NCBI GenBank assembly: GCA_038087875.1
Contig: CM075993.1
Span: 7,504,001 to 7,568,000, forward strand
Reading direction: 5' to 3'
Source of the DNA: Malacoraja senta
Taxonomy: Eukaryota
Length of the DNA stretch: 64,000 nucleotides
In this document: positions 24,191-36,300 of the stretch, piece by piece
How the letters are laid out: every line of letters begins with the position of its first letter
Numbering within the stretch: position 1 is the stretch's first letter
The notes under the pieces: generated by a model
Told to the model about the DNA's origin: nothing
The model's database searches: none
The model's input: the letters and a program-made list of their open reading frames with translations, nothing else
Translations under genes and position numbers: made by a program

Positions 24191-26984
24191 AGATGCTGCC
24201 TGACCCGCTGAGTTACTCCAGTACTCTGTGTCCTTTTTTTGTTGGAATAATTTGTTCAACTACTTTCATGCCTGGAACATTGCCTCGGCAGCCAGTGTCT
24301 GCAGTTCTGGCACGCTCCACGTCCATTATGGTCTATGACATTCCACAAGACAAATCATATTCATTATAACTTAGCAGTTTCCATAATCCAACTTTGCAAT
24401 TCCCTCAGTTACTATTCTGTATCCCCCTTTTATGTGTTCTTGGTTGGTGTATGATTTCTATGGTCTGTGATGAAATGCCTTCATATTTTCTTTCAATCCA
24501 GCGTCTGAATTGTCCATTCATTTAACATGTGTTCATACATTTCCTTTGGAGTCAGACCTATATTTTAGCTCTAGCTATTCTCACTGCTGTTACATGGAAA
24601 TTGTCTTCTGCCACCCTTAGAGGATAACATATGTTTTCTATGTTTGACTTTTCATAAGAGTCAAGTGTGTTTTACTGTCATATGCCCCGAAACGGAACAA
24701 TGACATTCTTACTTGCAGCAGCACCACATATATGTAAAGGTGGTACTCTGTAAACACTGTATTAAACAACAAAAAAGTTCAGTGTATAAAAAAAACAGAC
24801 AATCAATAATAGTGCAAAGACAATAGACAATAGACGATAGACAATAGGTGCAGGAGTAGGCCATACGGCCCTTCGAGCCAGCATTGTGATCATGGCTGAT
24901 CATCCCCAATCAGTACCCCGTTCCTGCCTTCTCCCCATATCCCCTGACGATCAGCCATGATCACAATGAATGGCGGTGCTGGCTCAAAGGGCCGAAGGGC
25001 CGAATGACCTCCTCCTGCACCTATTTTCTATGTTTCTATGTTTCTATGACTCCGCTATCTTTAAGAGCCCTATCTAGCTCTCTCTTGAAAGTATCCAGAG
25101 AACCGGCCTCCACTGCCCTCTGAGGCAGAGAATTCCACAGACTCACAACTCTCTGTGTGAAAAAGTGTTTCCTCGTCTCCGTTCTAAATGGCCTACCCCT
25201 TATTCTTAAACTGTGGCCCCTAGTTCTGGACTCCCCCAACAAAAATAATGCCCACCAAGTCTATGTAATTCAGAGCTTAGTTGGAGGTTGCAATGTTAAT
25301 ATGAAGGGAATGGAAGGATATGGAGCGAATGTAAGCAGATGAGATTAGTTTAGTTTGACATCATGTTTGGCATAGATACTGTGGGCCCAAGGGCCTGTTC
25401 CTGTGCTTGGGGGGGGGGGGGGGGGGGGGGGGTGGGGGGGGGGGGGGGGTGGGGGGGGGGTGGGGTGGGGGGGGGGGGCTTAGCGGGACAGGCAGCATCT
25501 CTGGAGAGAAGGAATGGGTGACGTTTCAGATCGAGACCGACCTGACTAAAAGTCACAGGAAAGGGAAACGAGAGATTAAGGCGATGATGTAGAGAGATAT
25601 CTCTGGAGAGAAGAAAGGGTGATGTTTCGAGTTTCGAGTCTCGACCCGAAACGCCACCCATTCCTTCTCTCCAGAGATGTTCCTGTCCCGCTGAGTTATT
25701 CCAGCATTTTGTGTCTGTATTGTTCTGCGTTCTACATTATTTGTGAGCTTAACTTTATGCTGATGAAGTCTCCTGAACACTTCCTCAGGCGTCCAAAGGT
25801 TTTCTTCTAAGGACTTGCAAATGGAATGTCATTCTGATAGCTCCTTGCAGCATCTTATCCAAAGTCACTGGTAAAATTACTGGTGATTGATGCACCCATA
25901 GGGTTGCTTGGTTCACAAGTCCGACTCCCTACAGGAGTTAGTTGTCAAGTCACATTGGCTTTCTTCATTGATGCTACATTAAACTAGACAGAGGTGTGAG
26001 ACATGTCACACATATTGCCCCAGCCGGTTTGACATATAAATCTTGAGATGTGGGAAGAAGATATTGTTTGTTACCCACCACACTGTCAGAGAGTCGCGTT
26101 GTAATCTTTGCGGAGCTGAGAGGACTAGTTTGGCTTGGACACCATTGTGAACGTTGTGAAACCCAACTCAGGATTGGATGAATAACTACGCCTTATAATC
26201 TACGGACCTCTCTCCAAAACTGTTATTGGCCATTTTTTTTGTTTGTGTTTTTTTTTTTTTTCCTCCCTTCCTTTCTATTAGTTTATAGATCTTTCTTTTC
26301 AGTTCTATCTCTTAAAAAATTCTATAAAAAGAACAGAAGCATTGTATGAATGTAATTGATAAACAAACCGTGTTGCTATTAAGTGTTTGTGCTTCTAATA
26401 AAAATATATATTTTTAAAAAACATTTTTAAAAACCCTGATATAAAACAGAACATTCTGGAAGTACTCAGCGGGTCAGGCATCAGCGAGAAGCGAAACAGA
26501 GTTCATGTTTCACGTTGAAGATCTTTCATCAGAACAGGCAACGTTTTTGTCAAAGGGTCTCCAAATTGAATCATTAACTCTGGTTCTCTTTCCACAAATG
26601 TCGCCTGACCTGCTGAGAGTGTTTCCTACGTTTTTTGTTTTGAATGAACTGGTTCGTTCATTCACAAAGCAGCAAATAGTGGTGTCCCCCCATCTGTATT
26701 AACCTTTAGTATAGTTTAAAGATATAGCGTGGAGACAGCCCCTTCGTCCCACTGAGTCCGTGCTGACCAGCAGTCAGTCACCCATCTACTAGTTCTGTTC
26801 TACACAAGAGGGGACAATGTTACACACTAGGGACAATTTACTGAAGCCAATCAACCTACAAACCTCACGTCTTTGGAATGAGGGAGGAAACTGGAGGAAA
26901 CCCACACGGTCACAGGGAGAACGTGAAAACTCCGTACAGACAGCATCCATAGTCAGGATTGAACCGGGGTCTCTGGTGCTGTAA

Positions 26985-27196
26985 AGGGCCTGTCCCACTT
27001 CGCAATTTTATTTCGCCGACTGACGTATCAGGTCAGCGAAAAATTCGCGCCGTGATGACGTATGACGTGCGGTGTTTGTTCAAGTGTCGCAACATTTTTT
27101 TTGTCGTCGCTGGATATTGAAATGTTCAAAATCTTTTGGCGACACTGATATGACGCCGGCAGTCGCCGAAAAAAATCGCCAAATGGGACAGGCCCT
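26985..27196. mobile_element. PIF/Harbinger-like MITE inserted in a SINE
   Basis: TIR agggcctgtccca/tgggacaggccct; TAA TSD. Confidence 0.88.
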
Positions 27197-28303
27197 TAAG
27201 TCAGCAACTCTACCGCTGTGCCACTGTCCTGATTATTAATCGTTCATTTCATAATCACTGTTTTTCTAATCTACACGGATGTATATGATATCTAAAAAGC
27301 CCTCCTCGTAGCTGTTACTCCTCACTATTATGTAAAAACTGAAACTGTCTTTACTCTACTGTAGTAGGAAGGAACTGCAGATGCTAGTTTAAACTGGATA
27401 GACACAAAATGCTGGAGTGACTCAGCGGGACAGGCAGCATCTTTGGATAGAAGGAATGGGTGGCGTTTCGGGTCGAGACCCTTCTTCAGTGTCATGAAGG
27501 GTCTCGACCAGAAACGTCATCCATTCCTTCTCTCCTGAGATGCTGCCTGTCCCGCTGAGTTACTCCAGCATTTTGTGCCTATTTTACTTCAGAAGTGTTC
27601 CTTCAATTGGGACAATGTTTCAAGACTTCAGCTCCCACTTGCTATGCTCTGCCCTTGCCTATCGAGGTTATCCACCCTTGCTTTCTATTACTTTTCTTCT
27701 AATTTCAAAATATAAGCTTTAAAAAATAAAGTTTGTAAGTAAATAACAAATACAGTCTACCCATTACAGGTATCAGTATGGAGCTGAGGCCCAAGCACCG
27801 ATGCAAGCTGGGCATGGCTTGCCAACCAGAGAATGGGTTGTTTATTCTCTGCTTTAACTCACAGTTTTTCTTGCAATTACCAGTAAAACTCAGAGTGGCA
27901 CATTCTAGAGTAAACGAAAGCTAAAATACAGGGCTAGGTTTTCAAGTTCAAGTCCGTGTTTTTTGTCAAATGCACCAACTAAGGTACAGTGATATTTGAG
28001 TTACCATACAGCCATACTAAGTGAAAAGCAACAAGACACACAGCCACATCAAATAAAATTTAACATTAACATCCACCACAGCGGAATCCACATTCCTCAC
28101 TGTGTTGGAAGGTAATAAAGTTCAATCATCTTCCTCCTTTGTTCACCCGTGGTCGGGGGCTGTTGAACCCTCTGCAGTCGCCGCTGCCGACAGCCCGATG
28201 CCCAAAGCCCTCGCGTCGGGATGATGGAAACTCCGGCGTCGGGAAGGATCGGAACACTCCACGACATGGATCCCGAGTTGGCCTCTTCTTACTGGAGACC
28301 GCG

Positions 28304-28457
28304 TGTGATATATATGCAAATGTGCCTGTACCTCGTGACTGAGGTCAGGTGACCTTCTAGAAGTTTCCATTGGTTGTTCAGATTAAATCTTACTTACAAG
28401 ATGGCGGACGTGTATTCATTGTGCTAGTCACAACAGGGCCTTACAGGGAACATTACA
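28304..28457 (+). repeat. 5' LTR (154 bp)
   Basis: tgtgata...cattaca; 153/154 identical to 34465-34618; contains ATTAAA (28382) and YY1-like caagatggcgg (28397). Confidence 0.97.
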
Positions 28458-28472
28458 TGGTGTCGAAGTGGA
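28458..28472 (+). promoter_or_regulatory. Primer-binding site, tRNA-Leu-like
   Basis: tggtgtcgaagtgga immediately after the 5' LTR; resembles TGGTGTCAGAAGTGGGA (complement of a tRNA-Leu 3' end) with small deletions. Confidence 0.7.
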
Positions 28473-28492
28473 AAAAAACTTTTAAAAAAAGA

Positions 28493-29471
28493 ATGGCAGG
28501 ACTCAAGCCTCCGGGGCCACTCTCCATGCAAGGAAACTTGGCCAAGAATTATAAGGACTGGATAAGGGCATTCCAGCTGTACGAGACGGCAACAGAACTG
28601 ACGGGTAAGCCTGAAAAGATTTGGTGTGCAACATTTCTCCACGTGGCTGGACCAGCAGCTCAGGATCTTTATGAGACCTTTCGGTTCACCCCCTAACTGT
28701 CACAAGATACGTATTTAATACACGTAATCAGCGGCAAGGGGAGACCTTCTCCAGCTACCTGACTGCAGTGAAGGCTTTAGCTAATGATTGCGAGTTTGGC
28801 ATTATCCATGACTCGTTGCTGCGAGACAGAATCGTCTGCGGCATCGCCAGCCAGCCAGCCGCTCCGGGAGAAACTTCTACAATGCGATGATTTAACACTG
28901 GAAAAATGCAGTGACATGTGTATGATCTCAGAAGCATCAGCCGAGCATGTGAAGCAGATTGCCCCAACCGCCATCGACACCGAAGACATTGTTGATTACG
29001 TGAAACGGGACAGCGCCAGTCGGCCATGGGGCCGAGGCAGGGATTCGCGACCCAGACAGCCACAGACAGAAAGCCGTGATTCGGGTAAAGATTCCGTCTG
29101 CCGGTCATGCAACCATGGCCATAAAGGCAACTACTGCCCCCGCTCAGTACATGAGATGTTTTACCTGCGGAGAGATTGGACATCTTTCCAGATCCCCCGA
29201 CTGCCCGGTAAATAGAGCGCCCAACAGCCGCCCACGTCCCCGACAACATGACCACCTAATCAGACAAAAGGCAGGGGACTGGAGCCGTGGCGTCCGCGAC
29301 GTCGAGTTTCAGATGAACACTTCACCGCTGCCTGAGCCAGTGGACGATGACGTTGATGTATTCTACATTGACGCTGTGATTGACGCCGTTATTGAGTCGA
29401 CGCGTGAATGGGGACAGATGTGCAGCATCAACAATGTGAACATTGAGTTCAAACTCGACTCTGGCGCTCAA
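28493..29471 (+). pseudogene. gag: Gypsy gag and protease N-terminus, disrupted
   Basis: MAGLKPPGPL..., LRDRIVCGI, LREKLL...LTLEKC, zinc knuckles CRSCNHGH..YCP and CFTCGEIGH..C, protease motif KLDSGAQ; internal deletion and frameshifts. Confidence 0.9.
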
Positions 29472-30733
29472 TGATTGGAAATCATGTCTGACGAATCTTA
29501 TAGAATTTTTCGAGGATGTAACTAGTAGAGTGGATAAGGGAGAACCAGTGGATGTGTTATATCTGGACTTTCAGAAGGCTTTCGACAAGGTACCACATAA
29601 GAGATTAGTATACAAACTTAAAGCACACGGTATTGGGGGTTCAGTATTGATGTGGATAGAGAACTGGCTGGCAAACAGGAAGCAAAGAGTAGGAGTAAAC
29701 GGGTCCTTTTCACAATGGCAGGCAGTGACTAGTGGGGTACCGCAAGGCTCAGTGCTGGGACCCCAGCTATTTACAATTTATATTAATGATCTGGACGAGG
29801 GAATTGAAAGCAACATCTCCAAGTTTACGGATGACACTAAGCTGGGGGGCAGTGTTAGCTGTGAGGAGGATGCTAGGAGACTGCAAGGTGACTTGGATAG
29901 GCGGGGTGAGTGGGCAAATGTTTGGCAGATGCAGTATAATGTGGATAAATGTGAGGTTATCCACTTTGGTGGCAAAAACAGGAAAGCAGACTATTATCTA
30001 AATGGTGGCTGATTACCTGGGTGTCATGGTACACCAGTCATTGAAAGCAGGCATGCAGGTGCAGCAGGCAGTGAAGAAAGCGAATGGTATGTTAGCTTTC
30101 ATAGCAAAAGGATTTGAGTATAGGAGCAGGGAGGTTCTACTGCAGTTGTACAGGGTCTTGGTGAGACCACACCTGGAGTATTGCGTACAGTTTTGGTCTC
30201 CAAATCTGAGGAAGGACATTATAGCCATAGAGGGAGTGCAGAGAAGGTTCAACAGACTGATTCCTGGGATGTCAGGACTTTCATATGAAGAAAGACTGGA
30301 TAGACTTGGCTTATACTCGCTAGAATTTAGGAGATTGAGAGGGGATCTTATAGAAAGGTACAAAATTCTTATGGGGTTGGACAGGCTAGATGCAGGAAGA
30401 TTGTTCCCGATGTTGGGGAAGTCCAGGACAAGGGGTCACAGCTTAAGGATAAGGGGGAAATCCTTTAAGACCGAGATGAGGAAAAACTTTTTCACACAGA
30501 GAGTGGTGAATCTCTGGAACTCTCTGCCACAGAGGGTAGTTGAGGCCAGTTCATTGGCTATATTTAAGAGGGAGTTAGATGTGGCCCTTGTGGCTAAAGG
30601 GATCAGGGGGTATGGAGAGAAGGCAGGTACGGGATACTGAGTTGGATGATCAGCCATGATCATATTGAATGGCGGTGCAGGCTCGAAGGGCCGAATGGCC
30701 TACTCCTGCACCTATTTTCTATGTATCTATGTA
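29472..30733 (+). mobile_element. 5'-truncated CR1 LINE (RT to 3' tail) inserted in the Gypsy protease
   Basis: YLDFQKAFDKVPH, SGVPQGSVLGP, SKFTDDTK, RPHLEYCVQFWSP; tctatg tail; tcaa duplicated at both ends. Confidence 0.95.
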
Positions 30734-30737
30734 TCAA

Positions 30738-33700
30738 GTCGACATCCTGCCAGAGCACTTGTTCAGAAAGACTGGTCTTGCCTTACTGAACACGAACGTG
30801 ACACTGAGGTCATACTCTGGACATACAATGAAGCCTGTGGGGCAGGCAAAGGGGAACGTCAAAGTAGGTAAGAAAGAATATAGGGTGGTCTTTCAAATAG
30901 TGGAGGGGAATGTGAAACCCATATTTGGGAAACTAACGTGTGAAAAGTTAGGTCTTGTGTGAAAGGAGGCGGTTGATGGCGTGAGTGCGAGGCCATCATA
31001 CACTGTGAGGATCATTGAGGAAAACCGCGAGATTTTCCAAGGGCTGGGAAGGCTAAAAAGACATGAGTGCACCATAGCGCTGCAAGGGAACGTGCAACCT
31101 AAACAAAACCCACCCCGCACTATCCTATATAAGATCAGGGATAAGGTCAAAGCCGAATTAGAGCGCATGGAAAGCTTGGGAGTCATAAAGCCCGTGAGTG
31201 AACCGACAGATTGGGTGAATTCAATGACTGTGGTTAGCAAGCCTATAGGCAAAGTCCGCATATGCCTTGACCCACATGACCTCAATGCGGCCATTTGTAG
31301 GGAGCATTTCCCGATGCCGACGTTCGAGAACATTGCAGCCCGCATGCCGAAGGCAGAATGGTTCTCGAAATTTGACGCTACAAGTGGGTACTGGCCGTTC
31401 CCACTTAGCGATGACAGCTCGCGTCTGACCACATTTAATACTCCCTTTGGGAGATACCGATACCTCGTGCTTCCATTTGGAATCTCATCCGCAAGTGAGA
31501 TTTGGCAGCGGGCGATGCAGGAAGAGTTCGGCGATTTAGAAGGGGTGGAGATAGTCGTTGACGACATTCTCGTTTGGGGTGTGAATGCAGCACAACATGA
31601 CGCAAGGGTGAAAGCCCTACTCGAACGGGTGAAAGAATCAGGCCTAAAGCTCAATCCCAGAAAGTCGGTAATGCGCTCAAATGAGATTGAATATGTGGGA
31701 CACGTCATCTGGCAAGCAGGCGTGTCACTAAGCCCATCTCGTGTCAGCAGCATGCTACAAATGCCATACCCGACAAACAAGGCTGAAGTGCAAACGTTCT
31801 TGGGGATGGTGACATACATGGCCAAGTTGATTCCAAACCTTTCGGAGATCACCGCCCCACTTAGACAGCTAACAGAAAAGGGAGTAGCGTGGCATTTTGA
31901 GCAGAAGCGCAGACAGGCAGTAGACCAGCTGAAGTCTCTACTCACATCGTCACCCGTACTCAAACTGTACGATGTGAACGCGCCCGTCTCAATTGCCACA
32001 GACGCTTCCAACAGCGGATTTGGAGCGGTCCTAATGCAAGACGAGAGACCTGTTGCCTACGCTTCACGACGTGTGAACGCGGCCGAGCGCAACTATGCGA
32101 CTATAGAGAAGGAGTTGTGCTCCATGTTGTACGCATGCAGAAAGTTTCATGACTTCATTGTCGGTCAGCGCACAGTTATCTTTACTGACCACAAACCGTT
32201 AGTAGGCTTGCTCGCCAAGCCGCTACACAAACTAAGCCCCAGACTCCAGCGCATGCGAATGCACCTGCGACGATACGACCTGGAAATACGGTGGAAGCCG
32301 GGACGTGAAATGTTTGTCCCCGACGCCCTGAGCCGGCTGCCCAGTGCAAACACGCCCGCGGAAGAGCACACCGCATTGCCGAACGTGATACATGCTGTAG
32401 AAGCCATCCTACACATGTCAGACGCGCGCCTTGCGCAGTTCAAAGCTGAAACAAAAAAAGATCGGACAATAAAATTGTTGTGCGAGTGTATAAGAAAGGG
32501 TTGGCCTAGTAACAGGCGTGATCTGCCCTCGGACTTGACTCCGTTTCATACATACCATGACGGGCTGGTTGAAATCGATGGATTAGTCTTGAGGGAAAAC
32601 CGAATCGTAGTCCCCCAAAGCATGCGGAGGCAGATGCTGAATGTGCTACATGAATCACATCTGGGAGTAGTTAAACTTAAACAACGAGCCCGCAATTTAT
32701 TTATGTGGCCTGGAATGAATGCACAGATTGAGGACACAGTGGGAAATTGCTCGATATGCCAGGCGACCAGGAAAGCACAAGCAAGCGAGCCGCTCCAACC
32801 ACACTTCATCCCCAGCAGACCTTGGTCTAAGGTCGGAGCAGACATCTTCCATCTGGATGGAGTTGACCATTTGCTTGTAGTGGACTATTACTCCAAGTAC
32901 CCAGAAATAGCGCAACTGACGAACATGACGTCACATGAATGAATGCCATTTTATTGTCACTATACACATGTACAATGAGATTAAAAGCAGCTCGTACTCA
33001 GTGCAGACATGTAATTAGTTCAAAAAACAAAAAAACAAAACAAAAGGGGGGGGGGAGGGGATAAGGTGCACAGTTCTGCGGCGCTATATACATATCTATA
33101 AAAAGACAATGGGTAAATAGAGCGAATAAATAGGATTCCTATATACAGTATGGGTTATTGCACATATTAAAAATTACAGTTACAGTACAAATTACAGTAG
33201 GTGGATAGATGGAAGTCCGGGGGTTAAGCTGTGAAGTCAGTGCATGTGTGAGTTCATAGAGGTTATGGCTTTTGGAAAGCAACTGTTCTTGAGTCTATTT
33301 GTCCTTGTTCTGATGCACCTATAGCGCCTCCCTGAGGGCAGCAGGTCGACCAGGCCAAACGCAGGATGGGAGCTGTCCTTGATGATGTCCTTCGCCCTGC
33401 TGAGGCAGCGGGAGGTGTAAATGTCCATCAGGGAGGGGAGAGGGCAGCCAATGATCTCGGTGATACGTGAGATGACGGGCATGTTTGCCCGGAATGGCAT
33501 TCCTGACTTGGTGATGACAGACAACGCGAGACAATTTGACTGTGCTGAGTTTCGTAGGTTCCAGGATGACTGGGAATTTGCCCTTGTCACCTCAAGTCCC
33601 ATATATCCACAGAGCAACGGGCAGATAGAGCGCTGTGTGCAAACTATAAAAGGTATCATGAGGAAAGCCAAATGCAGTGGCCGTGACCCGATGTACGCCA

Positions 33701-34100
33701 TCCTCGAATACCGCAACACCCCCCTTGACGGGACAGGCGGCTATGCCCCCTCACAGTTACTGAACAGTAGACTGTTAAGAAGCAGATTGCCATCGCCTCT
33801 CTCACTCTTACTGCCTCATCATGTCCCTCCCATGGGACCACAACTGGCCGTCCGGCAAGAAAAACAGGCAGCATACTTCAATGAGAAGGCAAGCGCCGAG
33901 CCGCTGCCACGCCGGGAACAACAACAGCAGGTGTGGTCTCATGCCAAACCAACCGAGTGGCAACATGGCCGGATTGCAAGAGAAAACCTGTCCCCTCGGA
34001 GCTACGTCATCTCTACACCGAGTGGTACTGGGTTCCGCAGAAACAGGAAGGACATACGACCTGCGCACGAAGCAGCTGAGCCGTGCCCCGGCAACACGCA
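30738..34100 (+). pseudogene. pol: Gypsy pol (protease C-terminus, RT, RNase H, integrase), interrupted
   Basis: VRICLDP, TTFNTPFGRYRY..LPFG, VDDILV, TDAS, NYATIEKE, TDHKPL, HHCC (HESH...CSIC), DDE core (GADIF / MTDN / NGQIER); in-frame TGA at 30960; Rex insertion at 32936-33455. Confidence 0.95.
32936..33455 (-). mobile_element. Rex1/Babar-like non-LTR 3' fragment inserted in the Gypsy integrase
   Basis: IIGCPLPSL...HP....LLPSGRRYR.IRTRTNRLKNS.FP; aataaa and (catt)n tail; removing it restores NMTSHSVIREM in frame. Confidence 0.9.
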
Positions 34101-34464
34101 GCAGACAAGTGCCAACACTCTCCCACAAGGAGGAACCCTTTTCCCAGAAGGAGCTAGTCTCCCAGACTCAAGGGAACTATCACAGGCCGCATCACCAGGT
34201 TCCGTGGTGGGGGAACCGGCTCGAAGTGTGCCAAGCCATACTCACACACAACAGAAATACGACACAGAACGAGGTGGAAATACGACTTGAACGAGAAGTG
34301 GGCGATTGTCGAAACCCCCAACTCGACTGGTTATGTAAAATTGATGGACAATTATTTTGTAGTTCTGTAATATGAAGAGCACTGGGTTATTTATGGTCAT
34401 TTATCTACAGTAAATTGAGTAAAGGTTCCAGTTATTATTTTGAACCCAGTGGGGGAGGGGAAGA

Positions 34465-34618
34465 TGTGATGTATATGCAAATGTGCCTGTACCTCGTGAC
34501 TGAGGTCAGGTGACCTTCTAGAAGTTTCCATTGGTTGTTCAGATTAAATCTTACTTACAAGATGGCGGACGTGTATTCATTGTGCTAGTCACAACAGGGC
34601 CTTACAGGGAACATTACA
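34465..34618 (+). repeat. 3' LTR (154 bp)
   Basis: tgtgatg...cattaca, directly preceded by polypurine tract gggggaggggaaga (34451-34464). Confidence 0.97.
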
Positions 34619-34782
34619 CAGCGGGCTTCTCGGTGTTAAAGTCCACGGGCCCCGCGGTTGGGGCTCTTCTACTCGCGATCCTCGGCAAAGGATCGCAGGC
34701 TCCGCGATGTTAGAGTCCGCGCGCCTGCGGCTTGAAGCACTGGGCCGGTCTTCAGGAAAGGCCGCACCACCCCACGTTGTTA

Positions 34783-35112
34783 TAGCCCTGTCCCACGGTA
34801 CGAGTTCATTCCAAGAGCTCTCCCGAGTTTAAAAAAAATCAAACTCGTGGTAAGCACGGAGAATGAACGTAGCGGGTACGTCGGAGCTCGGGGACGTCTC
34901 TTAGCGGCTCGTAACGCTAACGGCAGGTACTCCGGAAGACTCGCTAACGGCAGGTAAGCTCGGGAAGACTCGTGAAGATTTTTCAACATGTTGAAAAATG
35001 TCCACGAGAGCCCCGAGTACCGACGAGCGGCCAAAACCGTAAATCTCCGAGTTCAACTCAGGGCAAACTCGGGAGAGCTCTTGGAATGAACTCGTACCGT
35101 GGGACAGGGCTT
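34783..35112. mobile_element. Harbinger-like MITE (family B)
   Basis: Long TIR agccctgtcccacggtacgagttcattccaagagctctcccgagttt at both ends; tta/ata flanks. Confidence 0.85.
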
Positions 35113-35444
35113 ATAGGCCGCGGGGGGGACGGAGATGCGACACGGAGAAAAATCGCATCTCCGTCGAGGTAAGTGACTACTATATGAATACTAATCATCT
35201 CCCTTGACCTCCGATTACTGATCTCCCCTCTTCCATCGGACAAGAGGTACAGAAGTGTGAAAACGCACACCTCCAGATTCAGGGACAGTTTCTTCCCAGT
35301 TGTTATCAGGCAACTGAACCATCCTATCACCAACTAGAGAGCGGTCCTGTACTGCTATCTACATCATTGGAGGCCCTCGGAGTCCCTGATGTACTAGTGA
35401 CCAGAGGCTCTCCAGTTGGTCAAAAATTATTTTAAATACCTCTA

Positions 35445-36300
35445 GCGGTGGGCGGCGCGACTCTCGTCAGCAGCGGCCTCTGCAGTCCGTCTGTCTTTTT
35501 ATTATTTTTGTCTCGTTTTTATGTACTTTTTAATTATTTTTTTTGTCGGGGTATGTGTGTGGGGGGGTGGGGGTGGGGAGGGGGGGACGTTAAAATCTTT
35601 CCCCTGCACGGGAGACCCGACCTTTTCTTTGTCGGGTCTCCGTTGTCGTTGGGGCTGGGCAACGTGGAGCGGCCTCCAGCAGGAACAACCTGGGGCTCCA
35701 GTTGCGGAGCTGCGGACTACTCACCATCGCGGGGCTGGCCGAGTCCGGAGCGGGTGGAGCTGTGGTGGAGACAATCGCTGCTGCGACCCGACCCCCGGAG
35801 ATTCGGAGGCTACAACCGCGGGTCTGGCGGACGGCAACACCGGAAGCCCGCGGGTCCCCTGGTGGGAGACCGCTTTTCGGGGCTTCCGCAGCGGCGACAT
35901 CTCCCGCCCGAGTTGCGGGGTTGAAGAGCACCTGGAGCGGGGCTTTATCCCCTTGCGCGGCTTGGAATGGCCGCCGGACTTTGCGAGCGCGCGCCGGGGC
36001 TCTAACACCAGGACCCGGTGCGGGACCCTGCATTACCCGGCGTGGCTTTAATGGCCGCGGGATAATCACCATCGCCCGCTGGGGGCTTTGACTTTGACTC
36101 TGACATCGGGGGGGGGGGGAGTGCAGTGGAGAGATACGTTTTTTTGTCTTCCATCACAGCGCTGTGATGGATGTATGTGTAAATTGTGTTGTGTCTCGGG
36201 TCTTCTTCGTTTTGTAATGTATGGCTGCAGAAACAACATTTCGTTTGGACCTCAACGGGGTCCAAATGACAAATTTGTCCAAAAGACAAATAAAAAATTG
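35445..36300 (+). repeat. GC-rich non-coding interspersed repeat with hairpin/aataaa tail
   Basis: CpG-rich body, no recognisable ORF; 3' part similar to the minus-strand element at 27945-28303. Confidence 0.55.

Larger units (their letters stand above)
28304..34618 (+). mobile_element. Ty3/Gypsy LTR retrotransposon with both LTRs, defective, two nested non-LTR insertions
   Basis: Paired TG...CA LTRs, PBS, PPT, gag-PR-RT-RNaseH-IN order; near-perfect 5-bp TSD ccgcg/cagcg. Confidence 0.97.

Noticed and set aside
25408..25478. ~70-nt G run as a functional G-quadruplex
   Set aside because: It lies at a junction of repeat fragments, and homopolymer length is error-prone
30893..32011. 372-aa minus-strand ORF
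   Set aside because: Antisense shadow of the Gypsy RT; no independent motifs
35448..36091. CpG island with several 130-176-aa ORFs as a gene start
   Set aside because: Shares its tail with another interspersed repeat; ORFs on both strands reflect GC richness
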